NCBI GenBank assembly: GCA_000320545.1 | Contig: ADNK01001985.1 | Location: forward strand, 1-64,000 | From: Bigelowiella natans CCMP2755 | Lineage: Eukaryota; Protista; Cercozoa | Direction: 5' to 3' | Length of the DNA: 64,000 nucleotides | In this document: positions 62,238 through 64,000 of the stretch, piece by piece | Position numbering within the stretch: position 1 is the first letter of the stretch | Layout: every line of letters begins with the position of its first letter | Made by a program: the position numbers and the translations under genes | Notes under the pieces: generated by a model | What the model was told of the DNA's origin: nothing | Seen by the model: only the letters and a program-made list of their open reading frames with translations | Database searches by the model: none

Positions 62238-64000
62238 AGTTCCTTACAACGGAATATTTTTGCACCCTGTTCTTTATGATAAGTACACGATGAGAACGTG
62301 GCACAGTAGCAACAACCCGCCTCTCACATTTCACACATAAGCTACCCCTCTTATCCGAAAATGGACATTACATGCCAAAAATCATATTGGTTCACGGTCC
62401 TTTAATCTCTATAAGCTATGTTCCACAGCTGCGTTATCTTCAATGTTCAATGTCCAATGCTTCCAACCTGTTGATAATAATGGGAGGAACCTTCCACGTG
62501 TCATTTGAACAGGATTGCGTAGAAGTACCCTGCGTGTGTTGTTGATTTATCTAATGTCGTACCTGATAATCGGCTTTGTTTCTCTGGAGGAGAGTAAGCG
62601 GTAAAACGCTTGGAATGTCTTTTTAAGTTGAGGGCAGAGGGAACAATTCACCAACAACAAACTCGGCACACCGAAGCGCATGGGGTTATAGTTCCTACGA
62701 CAGCAGCGAGCCTACCCTATTCACTCTGCTCACAGTAGCTCTCATGTCATTGTTCACCACATTTTGCCGCTGTTTGCTGAAAAATTTGTGCTGTGCTTTG
62801 GCTGTTGGGGAACGCCATCAGATTCTTCTGAAAAAGGCCATCATTCAGTCATCTTGCGATAAAATGCCTTCATTCTTCCAAACATGCACTTCAAAGCATG
62901 TTTCAATTCTACACAGATGTTGACATTTTGAGCATGCAATACATCAGGAAAATAATCTTCTAGATATTGAAAGAGAATTTCGTCACGGAGGTATTTCATG
63001 TACATTGGATTCAAACGAAAATTAGACAAATATGTTCAGATGTTCTGGGCTTCAGCTATTTACCTACTTAAGTTGATGCACTTTGAGTTGTCGCAGATTG
63101 TGAAACGGCTGCAAAAGTGTCCTAACATGAGCGAAAGTTGCCAAGGAGGAGTGGAATGGTTGCTGGCCTGAGCCCCTGCGTAACAACGTAGTTTTGGCCC
63201 TAGGTCCTCCCTCCCATAGAGCCACATTTTTCACTTTGCATTTGAAGCATAACTTGAGAGATTCTTTGTACGTTTTCCGCAAAGTGTCTATTTAACTTTG
63301 ATCATGTGTTGTTCGCAATGTGCATGAAAAGGGGGTGATATTTGCCTGGAAATGAATCCGTCCTTCTTGCGTCGCTTTAAGAAGACCTTCCGCAAAAACA
63401 GTGCCAAAAAAAAAATAGTTGAAGCAACGAGAAACCGCATCTGTACGTTTAAACGTGATCCGAGAAGATCCAGAGCCAGTAGCTGGGTGACCGCTGTTCA
63501 AACCAATAGCATCTCCTCGTCACTTAGCTTTCTTCGTATCCCTGATGCATTCTCACGGCAACCATTTTCGGAGGTGCCCAGGTAAAATAATACTAAAGTT
63601 ATTTTATGCCATTGAGGAACACCATTGTTGCAGAAATCGTTATTTCCCCTTCCGTTTGTAGTTGCTTATGTGTGTATGATGTACTCGTGCGGAACGCAGA
63701 CAAAGAACGCCTTTCTCGACGAAGACAGCCATGAATGAGAAGAAAGAAACAAAAGACAATGAACGGTATCCAATCCAAACATCACAATTCAACATTTTCC
63801 GCATCCATGGCGCTTGAAATTCATGTGTTGGTGAAATTTAACGAGTCTTCTTTAAGGTCTGATGGCGGTGGCAAAGATTCAAACACTAATGAGTCCTCAT
63901 CAACGCGGGATAGGGTAACCATTTAAAAATTCGACGCACGTTTTCATGGTCATATGTGTGAAATTATACGTTCTGCGTGTGTTTTTAGATGAGCTTCGCA

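Noticed and set aside
62400-64000. Possible gene or pseudogene fragments (minus-strand LRKTYKESLKLCFKCKVKNVAL, faintly macro-domain-like; plus-strand ORF 63352-63585)
   Set aside because: Multiple stops, no consistent exon chain on either strand, and no convincing motif.

Overview
Gene-dense, intron-rich eukaryotic nuclear DNA. A chlorophyllide a oxygenase-like gene and an HCF107/Mbb1 gene, both with signal-peptide plus transit-peptide leaders, point to a chlorarachniophyte alga (Bigelowiella-like); this is inference. I assembled about 13 spliced genes by eye from GT-AG exon chains: TM-C2-histidine phosphatase, EF-hand/GT32 glycosyltransferase, a coiled-coil protein, a small EF-hand protein, an extended SDR, a SAM methyltransferase, IMP4, a TRPV-like channel, a multi-pass membrane protein, HCF107-like, CAO-like, a Rab5/22-like GTPase and a PH-domain protein. 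Exon boundaries are approximate, and most short six-frame ORFs are microsatellite artefacts. The most striking signal is non-genic. Several intergenic or relic tracts have lost almost every TpA dinucleotide (about 660 bp with none at 12587-13246). The survivors are nearly all CTA/TAG, mostly CTAG, and one tract holds about 33 CTAGs in about 600 bp. Two copies of a dispersed repeat differ mostly by transitions at TA/CA/TG/CG sites plus short duplications such as CTAG vs CTAGCTAG. Such tracts occupy every convergent gene junction. This suggests a region-targeted TpA->TpG/CpA (A-to-G) hypermutation process, opposite in direction to fungal RIP. Other highlights are a CAO with an intact Rieske centre but no mononuclear-iron ligands (split-CAO type) and a 5-nt micro-exon reading GTAAG.
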